From positions 10,991 to 74,990 of the forward strand of contig CALMGJ010000029.1 in assembly GCA_937863565.1 (NCBI GenBank): a stretch of DNA of 64,000 nucleotides, written 5' to 3'. Positions 1 to 8,653 of the stretch are shown piece by piece (position 1 is the first letter of the stretch; every line of letters begins with the position of its first letter). Both the position numbers and the translations under genes were made by a program. The DNA is from an uncultured bacterium (lineage in GTDB: Bacteria; AUK180). The notes below the pieces were generated by a model that had not been told where the DNA came from, did no database searches, and saw nothing but the letters and a program-made list of their open reading frames with translations.

Positions 1-277
1 TGGATATGTCGAGCGCAAAGACTATATTGCCGCCCTCACTCCATTCCTTCAGAGTTTTATCCGTCGTAAGTGGGCCTGCAAGCGAGACCACCGCAAGGAT
101 GAAAGCGGCAGTCTTTAAAGCAAGAACGATAACCGATCTTGCAGAGATCCGGAAATTGAAATTCCCCCTTAGAGAAGGTGCGGAATATTTTTTTAGAAGT
201 TCAATTACTTTTATGAAAACCGGAACAATGAAAACAAGAAAAGCAAGGAAAAGAAAATAAGCCTTCTGTTCTATCAT
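1..277 (-). CDS. batB: BatB-like von Willebrand factor A (VWA) membrane protein, N-terminal part only (gene runs off the window start)
   Basis: Minus-strand translation from ATG 277..275: MIEQKAYFLFLAFLVFIVPVFIKVIELLKKYSAPSLRGNFNFRISARSVIVLALKTAAFILAVVSLAGPLTTDKTLKEWSEGGNIVFALDIS... This gives two TM helices followed by the start of a VWA/MIDAS region (IVFALDIS), which is the BatB layout. Its ATG overlaps the batA stop (ATGA). It is absent from the ORF track because the window edge truncates it. Confidence 0.6.
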   Translation of the reverse strand, partial: MIEQKAYFLFLAFLVFIVPVFIKVIELLKKYSAPSLRGNFNFRISARSVIVLALKTAAFILAVVSLAGPLTTDKTLKEWSEGGNIVFALDIS

Positions 278-1226
278 AGGCATATGGCATAACGCCTTCG
301 GATCAGAATGAATTCAAGCATGAGAAGGAGGATTAAAACTATGTTTAGGAGCCGGTATTTCGGGTAGAACACCCTGTGTTTAAGTGTTTTCACTTTTTCC
401 TTTTCTAAAGCGGCGATCTCCGCATAGGCCTTTTTAAGGGCATCGGCATTATCACCGTAATAATATTTCCCTCCGGTCGCTCCCGCAATGTTCCGGAGCA
501 GCTCTTCATTGAGTTTCGTTGACTGCGTATGAATGCGGCCGAACAGATCCTTCTGACGGAAAATATAGCCCTCCGGAGTTCCCATGCCGATCGTATATAT
601 TCTTATGCCTTCCTTTTTCGCGATACCGGCAACCGAGGAGGGATCGGCTCCCCTGTTATTTTCGCCGTCGGTAAGAAGGACAATGATCTTTGAACGGTTC
701 TCGGAGCGTTCGAGGTCGTTCAATGCGACTGCCAGCGCATCTCCGATAGCGGTTCCGTCAATGCGCACCATTCCCGTATATGCGTCTGCCAGCATATTTT
801 TCGGTATTTCATGATCGAATGTAAGAGGAGACTGCGTGAAGGCGAAACCCGAGAACATGACAAGAGCCATCCGGTTGCCTCTCATGTTCTCGATGAACTC
901 CAGAACCACTTTTTTTGCCGCTTCAAGCCTGTTCGGTTCGAAATCATTGGCTTCCATGCTTCCCGAGACATCGAAGCAGATCACGGTATCTGTCGAAAGT
1001 TTGATCTCTTTCTTTTCTTCCCATTCATATCCGGGAAGAGCGAGTATGAGAATATAGAGAGAAAGAACCGCCGGGATCAGAATGCCGAAATAGACATCCC
1101 TTTTTTTTTAGATCCTGCGGTAAGATCGTAACTGAACGATTTTTTTACAAAAATGAGCGCTGAAAAAAGGAATAATAAGAACGGAACAACAAGAGCAAAA
1201 AGCCAGATGCCGTTTTTAAAGATCAT
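274..1226 (-). CDS. batA: BatA-like VWA-domain membrane protein with its reading frame broken in an A9 homopolymer: N-terminal 49 codons (1226..1080) are out of frame with the VWA body (tracked ORF 984..274, open upstream to 1107)
   Basis: The tracked ORF 274..984 (GTG start) encodes ICFDVSGSM...LTDGENN...TIGMG (VWA MIDAS motifs) and a C-terminal TM helix. The same frame stays open upstream to 1107 and reads KKRDVYFGILIPAVLSLYILILALPGYEWEEKKEIKLSTDTVICFDVS. A second frame starts at ATG 1226..1224 and reads [42 protein letters not shown] before stopping just after the A9 run (plus-strand T9 at 1101..1109). A10 instead of A9 would fuse both parts into one ~330-aa BatA-like protein. Confidence 0.75.
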
Positions 1227-1480
1227 TATTCCTTGGGATTTACATTAGCGAATTTTCCGAACCTGTTCTTTGTATATTTTACGATCCCGTTCGTTAAAGC
1301 GAAAAGTGTATCGTCGTCGCCCTGGCCGACATTCTTGCCGGGTTTGATCTTAGTGCCTCTCTGGCGAACAAGTATCGAACCTGCGGTAACGAGCTGCCCG
1401 TCAAAAATCTTAACGCCGAGCCTTTTCCCGGCCGTATCCCTTCCGTTCCTCGATGAACCCTGTCCTTTATGATGTGCCAT
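1226..1480 (-). CDS. rpmA: 50S ribosomal protein L27
   Basis: [36 protein letters not shown] matches the conserved L27 N-terminus. The stop TAA (1228..1226) overlaps the batA ATG (TAATG). Confidence 0.95.
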   Translation of the reverse strand: MAHHKGQGSSRNGRDTAGKRLGVKIFDGQLVTAGSILVRQRGTKIKPGKNVGQGDDDTLFALTNGIVKYTKNRFGKFANVNPKE

Positions 1481-1490
1481 AGCGTTCTCC

Positions 1491-1793
1491 TTATCCTAAT
1501 TTGATCTCTTTTATCTTCACTTGAGATAAAAGCTGCCTGTGACCTTTCGTGAGATGATAGTTCTTTCTCCTTTTGAATTTAAAGGCGATGACCTTCTTAT
1601 CCTTGAAATTTTTCACTACTTCTCCTTTAACCGTCACTTTACCGGGGTCGATTATCTTCTGATCGTTATCGATGGCGAATTTCACTTCGAAATTCACTTC
1701 TTCGCCTTCTTTCTTTTTCAGATACTCGACATCGATCACGTTGCCCTGTTCGACCTTGTACTGTTTGCCGCCGCTGCCTATTACAACGAACAT
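1491..1793 (-). CDS. rplU: 50S ribosomal protein L21
   Basis: [17 protein letters not shown]...[17 protein letters not shown] matches the L21 family. The tracked ORF begins 10 codons upstream. The ATG at 1793 sits 5 nt after a GGAGG Shine-Dalgarno, so it is the likelier start. Confidence 0.9.
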   Translation of the reverse strand: MFVVIGSGGKQYKVEQGNVIDVEYLKKKEGEEVNFEVKFAIDNDQKIIDPGKVTVKGEVVKNFKDKKVIAFKFKRRKNYHLTKGHRQLLSQVKIKEIKLG

Positions 1794-1812
1794 ATGCACC
1801 TCCAAAAAGAAC

Positions 1813-1840
1813 ATTATACACAAATAAGAAAAAAAATCAA
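1813..1840 (-). promoter_or_regulatory. Candidate sigma70-type promoter for the rplU-rpmA-batAB transcript
   Basis: The minus strand reads TTGATT, 16 nt, TATAAT. The -35 is at 1840..1835 and the -10 at 1818..1813, immediately upstream of the GGAGG plus ATG of rplU. Consensus hexamers can arise by chance in AT-rich DNA. Confidence 0.35.
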
Positions 1841-1898
1841 GTAGAAAGTAAAAATATTTGAGTTTTGCCGGTTTTTAAGGGGGTATAACCCGGGTTTT

Positions 1899-2420
1899 CT
1901 ACTTTTTGATCATCCTCTCATAGATCAAGCTGAAAATACTTTTAATATCGAATCCTGCTTCTTTCAGCTTTTCTTCATACTCGGTTTTGTCCTCAACCGA
2001 GAAGTAATTCACGAGGATCTGCAGAAATGCGCGGATATTCTCAATGAAATTGATATATTCCGTATCGATGCCGCACTGTACGATCATTTCCTTGTTCTGA
2101 TGGACAAATTCCTGAAGCGCTCCGGATACCCTTTCCGAATCTTCGACAACATGTTTTTTAAGAAGCTCAAGTTCCTGGGGCGTGAATTCAGTTTTTGCCA
2201 CATAGGAGTATTTTTTAAGCTCCGGGAACTTCTTCTCGAGTTCGAACTTGAAGGCCCTGTGTATATCCGAAAGATAGTCCTCGAAACAATTCCCTTCCAG
2301 TTCTTTCCAGGAAAAGTGTTCAAGGTATTTAATTTTCTTGAGGATTTCTATGCCGGCGTTCTGTTCCTGTTTCGAAGTACTGTCGCCACCCTTGGCGCCG
2401 TTCGTATTCTTCTCCATCAT
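1899..2420 (-). CDS. Hypothetical protein (173 aa, acidic, no recognisable motif)
   Basis: It is a long ORF in the same orientation as its neighbours. Its ATG overlaps the stop of the upstream small ORF (ATGA). Confidence 0.6.
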   Translation of the reverse strand: MMEKNTNGAKGGDSTSKQEQNAGIEILKKIKYLEHFSWKELEGNCFEDYLSDIHRAFKFELEKKFPELKKYSYVAKTEFTPQELELLKKHVVEDSERVSGALQEFVHQNKEMIVQCGIDTEYINFIENIRAFLQILVNYFSVEDKTEYEEKLKEAGFDIKSIFSLIYERMIKK

Positions 2421-2587
2421 TTCACCAAGAGGAATACCAGTATATAGAAGACCGCCGTGATCACTATTGCAATGATCAAAGGTTTTTTATAGAAAGTAAA
2501 ATCGGGTTCATCTATTTTTTCCTCGATAGGCTGAATACTCTCTTCCTGTTTTCTTTCCGCTTGCATTTCTTTTTTTCTTTTTTTCAT
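2417..2587 (-). CDS. Small membrane protein (56 aa), missing from the ORF track
   Basis: The ORF runs from ATG 2587..2585 to TGA 2419..2417 and encodes MKKRKKEMQAERKQEESIQPIEEKIDEPDFTFYKKPLIIAIVITAVFYILVFLLVK. That is a basic/acidic N-terminus followed by one C-terminal TM helix. It overlaps the PPIase stop (ATGA) and the next gene start (ATGA), and it fills an otherwise empty 160-nt gap exactly. Confidence 0.5.
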   Translation of the reverse strand: MKKRKKEMQAERKQEESIQPIEEKIDEPDFTFYKKPLIIAIVITAVFYILVFLLVK

Positions 2588-3915
2588 TTTATCCTGTAAC
2601 CTCCCTTCTCCGAATATGCTCCGTCGTAATCCTTCACATATATTTTGATCTTCGACCGAGATACAATATCCTTGATAACTTCTTTCTCCTTGAAAGTGAT
2701 GACATTCTCGCGATAATCTTTCACTACCTTATCTTTTATATTCTCGAATTTCTCGATCTCCTGGGGTTTTTTATATTCGCAGTAGATCAGCTCCCATCCG
2801 AATTCCTCGTGCCATAACGGACGCGGAGCGATCTCTCCGTCCTTGAGGGCGAAAACCTCCTTAGCGAAATCAGCCGGAAGTGCCGCTTCGGGAACCTCGC
2901 CCAGATCGCCGGCGTTCTCCTGAAGATATTCGGGACCCCTGGCATATTCCTTCGCTTTCTTCAGGAATTCCTTCTTCGGGTTCTTCGACTTCAATATCCC
3001 TTTGAGCACTTCTTCCGCCTTTTCCTTCTGATCCTTATCGAAAAGGATGTACCTGAGTTTCGCCCTTTTAGGGTATGTATAGTATTTATCAAGGTTCTCA
3101 TCATAGAACTTGCGAACGTTCTCTTCCGTGACGGGATAGAGTTCGAACAGGTAATTCCGCTTCATATAAGCGTACATATGCACTCTTTTCATCTGTTCAA
3201 TATCCTTTTTCATTTCGGGAGAATCGATATACTTAGCGCTCTCAAACCAGATGATCACGCGAGCGATCAGCCTTGAAAGCGCATCATTCAAGGTTGCAGA
3301 GGGATCCTCCCTGATGAGGCGGCCGTATTCTTTTGAAAGTTCATTGTTCGTTATCTTTTTTTCGTTGTTCACAACTGCAACTACCAAAGAGGTCATTTTA
3401 GGGTCGTATTTCTCGAAATCAAGGTATTCAACCTTGATCTCAACAGGATATTTCTTTTTAAGGTCCGAGGCTATCTCAAGTATCTTCTTTTCAAGGCGGA
3501 CCCTCTCGATATCCTTTTTCACCATTGTTTTATGGGATTCGAAATCGTTCTTATTATTTTTCGGATCTTTATTGAATTCGGCCCGGGCCTCTTCATCGGT
3601 AATGATGATTGTCTTTTTTAAGTCCCTTATGTACATCTCATATGCGGCATAGGGTTTCCTTTTTTCAATATTATCCAGGATCTCTTTCGTGTCCCATTTC
3701 CCGAGCCTTTTCGATTCCTGGATCAGAAGCTCCGTTTCAATGGCCTGTGAAATATCGCTGATCCTGTGCTTGTTCTCTTTATTTTCAAGGATCTTCCGGA
3801 TCATGAATACCTTTACCCCGTTGACCCTGGCAATAACAGCGTCTTCGCTTTTTTTGCACGCGGCCATGATGAACAGCGCAGTGATAAATAGCGCCATTGT
3901 TAATTTTCTTTTCAT
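2584..3915 (-). CDS. Parvulin-type peptidyl-prolyl cis-trans isomerase lipoprotein (SurA/PrsA-like)
   Basis: The C-terminal PpiC-type PPIase motif is present (…LWHEEFGWELIYCEY…). The likely start is MKRKLTMALFITALFIMAAC, a lipoprotein signal with a lipobox Cys, at 3915 rather than the tracked 4071. Confidence 0.75.
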   Translation of the reverse strand: MKRKLTMALFITALFIMAACKKSEDAVIARVNGVKVFMIRKILENKENKHRISDISQAIETELLIQESKRLGKWDTKEILDNIEKRKPYAAYEMYIRDLKKTIIITDEEARAEFNKDPKNNKNDFESHKTMVKKDIERVRLEKKILEIASDLKKKYPVEIKVEYLDFEKYDPKMTSLVVAVVNNEKKITNNELSKEYGRLIREDPSATLNDALSRLIARVIIWFESAKYIDSPEMKKDIEQMKRVHMYAYMKRNYLFELYPVTEENVRKFYDENLDKYYTYPKRAKLRYILFDKDQKEKAEEVLKGILKSKNPKKEFLKKAKEYARGPEYLQENAGDLGEVPEAALPADFAKEVFALKDGEIAPRPLWHEEFGWELIYCEYKKPQEIEKFENIKDKVVKDYRENVITFKEKEVIKDIVSRSKIKIYVKDYDGAYSEKGGYRIK

Positions 3916-4045
3916 TGACAACCTCGGTATTTTGTATTTATAGCAGAAAACGCATTTTTTTTCAATGGAGAAGGACGAGATGACATCATATCTTAATGGG
4001 AAGCCATTTTTTGCTTTTTTAATTTTTTTTTGATACAATAATATT

Positions 4046-6184
4046 ATGAATCGAAAGAATATCGACTTCAATGACCTGGTAAGGCTTTTTCTGAAGAACT
4101 ACGTATATATCATTATCTCTGTTGTTCTTTTTACTTCCGCAGCTTTTTTGGCGGCGTTCAGGGCTAAAAAGATATACCGTGTCGAAAGCACTGTGATGCT
4201 GAACATGAATTCTCAGTCGAGCCAACTAACCAATGCCTACTTCCCGTATCTCTGGAACCCCAATATCATACAGAATCAGATCTATATAATCAAATCCTAT
4301 TCTCTGATGCGCAATATTTACAGCAATGCCGGACCTGATATCATCGAGAGGATCTGCCGTTATGCCAGGAACGAACTTGCGGGTGAACCGGAAAGAATGA
4401 AGTTCTTTATGGATTTTCTGCTCGGGTCCATTGTCATCAAACCGGTCGAGGACTCTGATATCATTGTGATATCCTTCGATCTGGACGATCCCGGGCTGGC
4501 GGTGCAGGTACTGGACCTGATCGTTTCAAATTACCGCGATTTTGACCTGGCCATACAAAAAGAAGAGACCGATATGATCAAAAAATTCCTCGAGCAGGAG
4601 ACCGAGCATTACAGGGATCTTCTTCAGGAATCCGAGAACCGTTTGAAATCGATGAAACTTGATATGAAATCGAATTATCTGGGCAATGAAGCTAAGGAGA
4701 TACTCGAGAAATACGGAAAATTCCAGGAAGATTATTATAAGAACGAGGTCCTGCTTGCCGAGAACAGGAATCACCATGCTTTTCTCTCGAAAAGGATAGA
4801 GGATTTTAAAAATACACTCGGTAAGAACATTCCTCTCTCCAATGAGAGGATCAATATACTCATCAGTAAGATTTCGGCATTGGAATCGGATAAGATCTCG
4901 CTCTCTTCATCGGGCTACGGTGAAGAGAACGAGAAATACAAGGAGATCACGGCCAAGCTCGATGTCCTATACAAGGACCTGAGGACGGAGATCAATTCAT
5001 TCATAGAATCTAATATGACCAATAAGATCTTCTCTATCTATCAAGATGACCTTGTCAAGATCCTGAATCTCGAACGCGATATCAAGGTCCTCGAGGCAAA
5101 GGAAAAAGCTTATAAGGGGATATTGAAGGACTACGAGGGGGAACTCGCCACATTGCCTCAGAAACAGTTGGAATTCTCGCGGATCTACAGGGAAGTGGAG
5201 CTGAACGAAAAGATCTTCAATATGCTGAAGGAAAAACTGGAAGAAGCAAAGATACAGAATGAAGGCGTGATAAGTAAAGTCCAGATCATCGACAGGCCCG
5301 TGAAGCCGAGCGGTCATATAAGACCTCACAGACGGAACATTATTCTCATGGGGATGATATTCGGCATATTCTTCGGTGTGTTTTTCATTCTTCTCAAATC
5401 TTACCTTTTCGCTTCAGCCGATGCAGAGGAATTAAAAAGAAAGTATTCCATCGCCAATAAGATGGACATTCCCAATTTCATGAAGGACCCTGATTTCCAC
5501 AACGCCGTTTCGGGTTCTTTCAAGGGCACATCCGGAAAGACCCGTTTCGGAGAATTCCTTCATCTTCTCAAATTGAATTTCGGGACCTACGAAAAGAACT
5601 GCCCCGGAAAGAAAACCGTTCTCGTAACCTCTCCGATGCCGGCAACTGGCAAATCGACCTTTGTTTACCTTTTATCCCTGGCCCTGACGGAGAAAAGCGG
5701 CAGGCAAGTGCTTGTTTTAGATACCGATCTTCGTAAACCGATACTTCATAAATTGTTCGGTATTGAGCGCGAAAAAGGTATTACGGATATCTATACGGAT
5801 AAAGAGAGCAGGATAGAGGGCCTTATAAGGACCGTGGGAGAAGGCATCCACTTCATCAGCGCTGGACCCTCATCCAATATCTCTCCAATAGAAGTTTTAA
5901 CCTCTCAGCGCTTCAAAGACCTTCTCACCTATGCCAATGAACATTACGATCTTGTTCTCCTCGACTCGCCGCCCATTCTGAATCTTCCGGATGCGATCTC
6001 CATGAGCTCTTCAACGGATTGCGTGATGCTCGTGATATCAGAGACGAAGACATCGGCTGTGCACGCGGAGAACGCGATCAGGGAAATACAGGATCACGGG
6101 GCTGAGATCTCGGTTCTGATCAATAATCTTTCCTTCAAGAAAAGCATGGAATACAGATACGGCTATTATTCGTATAATGAGTGA
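4046..6184 (+). CDS. Polysaccharide co-polymerase / tyrosine autokinase (Wzc/ExoP/GumC-like BY-kinase)
   Basis: The protein has an N-terminal TM, a long coiled-coil periplasmic region, a second TM, and then a cytoplasmic P-loop ATPase (VTSPMPATGKST...VLVLDTDLRKP...LVLLDSPPILN). It ends in a Tyr-rich tail, YRYGYYSYNE. Confidence 0.8.
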   Translation: MNRKNIDFNDLVRLFLKNYVYIIISVVLFTSAAFLAAFRAKKIYRVESTVMLNMNSQSSQLTNAYFPYLWNPNIIQNQIYIIKSYSLMRNIYSNAGPDIIERICRYARNELAGEPERMKFFMDFLLGSIVIKPVEDSDIIVISFDLDDPGLAVQVLDLIVSNYRDFDLAIQKEETDMIKKFLEQETEHYRDLLQESENRLKSMKLDMKSNYLGNEAKEILEKYGKFQEDYYKNEVLLAENRNHHAFLSKRIEDFKNTLGKNIPLSNERINILISKISALESDKISLSSSGYGEENEKYKEITAKLDVLYKDLRTEINSFIESNMTNKIFSIYQDDLVKILNLERDIKVLEAKEKAYKGILKDYEGELATLPQKQLEFSRIYREVELNEKIFNMLKEKLEEAKIQNEGVISKVQIIDRPVKPSGHIRPHRRNIILMGMIFGIFFGVFFILLKSYLFASADAEELKRKYSIANKMDIPNFMKDPDFHNAVSGSFKGTSGKTRFGEFLHLLKLNFGTYEKNCPGKKTVLVTSPMPATGKSTFVYLLSLALTEKSGRQVLVLDTDLRKPILHKLFGIEREKGITDIYTDKESRIEGLIRTVGEGIHFISAGPSSNISPIEVLTSQRFKDLLTYANEHYDLVLLDSPPILNLPDAISMSSSTDCVMLVISETKTSAVHAENAIREIQDHGAEISVLINNLSFKKSMEYRYGYYSYNE

Positions 6185-7424
6185 GTTAAGGAAGAATATT
6201 TTCGGCCTCTTCGGATTTTCACTTCTTGACAGGATCGTGTCGGGATTTCTGCAGTTGATCATTTTCACTATCGTGATCAGGCATCTTGCTCCCGAGGATG
6301 TCGGGCTTCTTGGGATATTCGGCGGTATAGCCGTCTTTTTCAACCTTGCCAATATCTCTCCGTCCTCGATCATGATCAGGGATTATCCGAAGATCGGGAA
6401 CGAACTCGACCTCCATCTGGGAAACTATATCATCTTTTCTTATGTCAAGATGTTCTTTTTCCTCGTGGCAGGCTTTTTTTTCGCCATTTTTCTTCTTCCA
6501 AAATACGGGAACCCTGCATTCACTTTCCTATTATACATTCTTTTCTTCTCCTTTCAGAATTTCATAACGGTACCGGAGGAAGCCCTCTATGTATCATTCA
6601 AGAACAATATCGTTTTTTTCTCCAACCTTGTTTTCAATCTTTTCCAGCTCGGTTTTTTTATCGTCCTTTTTAAATTCACGGGAGCGCTTCTCCACTATAT
6701 TCTTGCCGTATTCCTTTTGAATGCGTTTTTCTTCTTCATTATGCTGTTCGTGATAGAAAGAACGCTTAATATCCGTATACGGTACAGAATGGACATCAAA
6801 GATTTCTGGAAGCATAATATCCTTCATTTCACCGTGTGGAACCACCTCAACGGCGCGATCACATATCTTATATACCGCATAGATACTTTTGTCCTCTCTT
6901 TCTTTTCGGACCTGCGAACGATCGCTTCCTATACGGTAGCCCTCACCGTCTCCAATTATTTCTTCATTATCCCCATGATAGGGGAAAAAGCATTAAAAGT
7001 AGGTTATTCCCGCCTCTTGGAAGAACCGGACAAGGAGGCCGGGGTTTTCCGATACGGAACCGCAGTGCTGAATGCAATCTCTATTTTTCAGTATGCTGTT
7101 TTCCTTATTTTCGGAAAATGGTTCATTTGTTTTCTTTTTCCTGAAGTGCAGAATAAGGAAAGCATCTTTTTATTTTCTTCGATCATTATCGCCGGGGTGA
7201 CGATCCTGAATCTATCGAGACCGCTCACCGCCTACATCTTCAATAAAAGCTCGCTCAGATCGATGTTCTTGTCCATATATCTGCCCGGAGGGCTTTTTTC
7301 CCTTGCCGTATATTTCACTGCCGGGCATCTTTTCGGGCCCATAGGGGTTGCCTGGGGCAATGTCGTCAATTACGGATTTTTGGCCGTACTCGTTCTGATG
7401 TTTTTCCTGAGGTCAAGACGATGA
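6177..7424 (+). CDS. Polysaccharide biosynthesis protein, Wzx-type flippase (MOP superfamily)
   Basis: The 415-aa protein is very hydrophobic with about 12 predicted TM segments. It lies in a polysaccharide locus immediately after the Wzc-like gene. Confidence 0.6.
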   Translation: MSELRKNIFGLFGFSLLDRIVSGFLQLIIFTIVIRHLAPEDVGLLGIFGGIAVFFNLANISPSSIMIRDYPKIGNELDLHLGNYIIFSYVKMFFFLVAGFFFAIFLLPKYGNPAFTFLLYILFFSFQNFITVPEEALYVSFKNNIVFFSNLVFNLFQLGFFIVLFKFTGALLHYILAVFLLNAFFFFIMLFVIERTLNIRIRYRMDIKDFWKHNILHFTVWNHLNGAITYLIYRIDTFVLSFFSDLRTIASYTVALTVSNYFFIIPMIGEKALKVGYSRLLEEPDKEAGVFRYGTAVLNAISIFQYAVFLIFGKWFICFLFPEVQNKESIFLFSSIIIAGVTILNLSRPLTAYIFNKSSLRSMFLSIYLPGGLFSLAVYFTAGHLFGPIGVAWGNVVNYGFLAVLVLMFFLRSRR

Positions 7425-8653
7425 ATTCTTTTAACGCATATATGGGCGAATTGATGCGCAATATCCTCACCTTTATAGACGATAACGGACGCGTTCATGG
7501 AATAACAGCAACATACTGGGAGCAGAGATTCGAAAGCCCGTCCAATATCATGAACGCTTATCCGCTCCTGCTGGCATTCTGCAGGATATTGAAGAAATAT
7601 CCTGACGGGGAGCTTGAAGCCGTTGCCGCCAAGCTCGCTGAGGGGATATTGAAAGAAGCCCGGGATGACGGTTCTTACGGAAATTCATTCGGAGATATCC
7701 GAAACACACCTGCGCCGCCGATCATACAGATAGCCGCATCCATTGCCCTTCTTGATTACGCTCACCGCGACGGGAACAGGAAGACGCTTGAAGCCGTGGA
7801 AAGGAATTGCCGTTTCATCCGCGGGAATTACATGAAGGACGGGCTTCTTAAGAACAGGGTCGTTAATCAGAATGCCATGCTCCTGGAGCTCTATTTCAAA
7901 CTCAGGGAGAACGGGATGGATTCCGGGTGGATCGATACCGGGAAAGTGCTGTCTTTCATACTCGGATATTTTCATCCGCGTACAGGAGGGTTCTTTCACG
8001 CCCATCATCTTCCGGATATGCTGTCTTTTTACAATGCCAAGATTCTCAATGCGCTTCTTACATGTATCGAGAACGGTCTGCAGAACGAAGAGACCGAGAA
8101 TGCCGTTTACAAGAACGCTTTTTTTCTAAAGGGACTTTATTCGGATGAGCGGAGGGCTTTTGCTGCAGGTTATTTCCCGAAGGAGAGTTTTCTGGATAAA
8201 CTGAGAAAGCGCCTCCGCCGCTATAATTCGCCGGCTGAATATTTTTCGGGACTTGAATTCTTCCGGAGGGAAAAACCGCTTTTCATTGCAAGAAGCGCAA
8301 ATTCATTCATACCCCTTCTGAGGTACGCTTCGATATTCAAACAGGAAGTGATCCCGGAAGGATCTATCCTGGATTTCTTCGGATATCATATACGGAAGAA
8401 CGGGAGCATGCCTAATGCCGAAGGACTTTCAAGGAGATCCGGGGATGATTGGATGGATCTGGCGACCGTCACGAGATGGCAGGGATACTGCGTACTGCTT
8501 CTTTCATTTCTTTCCGAAGGAAGCGTAAGACCCGCACCTGGTACCGACGATTGCCTTGTGTCGCGCGGGAACACGGTCTATATGGAGCATAAAAGAACGA
8601 TCTCATATTCTTTCGGAACGGACGCAAGGAGTTTGGACAAATGGCAAAAGTAG
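7421..8653 (+). CDS. Hypothetical protein, possibly the alpha-helical N-terminal half of a heparinase II/III or alginate-lyase-like enzyme
   Basis: It is a 410-aa soluble protein with no signal peptide, in the EPS locus. The family guess is from memory of the fold and locus context and is weak. Confidence 0.35.
   Translation: MNSFNAYMGELMRNILTFIDDNGRVHGITATYWEQRFESPSNIMNAYPLLLAFCRILKKYPDGELEAVAAKLAEGILKEARDDGSYGNSFGDIRNTPAPPIIQIAASIALLDYAHRDGNRKTLEAVERNCRFIRGNYMKDGLLKNRVVNQNAMLLELYFKLRENGMDSGWIDTGKVLSFILGYFHPRTGGFFHAHHLPDMLSFYNAKILNALLTCIENGLQNEETENAVYKNAFFLKGLYSDERRAFAAGYFPKESFLDKLRKRLRRYNSPAEYFSGLEFFRREKPLFIARSANSFIPLLRYASIFKQEVIPEGSILDFFGYHIRKNGSMPNAEGLSRRSGDDWMDLATVTRWQGYCVLLLSFLSEGSVRPAPGTDDCLVSRGNTVYMEHKRTISYSFGTDARSLDKWQK

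Noticed and set aside
6-260. Plus-strand 84-aa ORF at the window start
   Set aside because: It lies antisense to the far more convincing minus-strand BatB-like N-terminus (TM-TM-VWA start). It is Arg/Lys-rich and has no motif.
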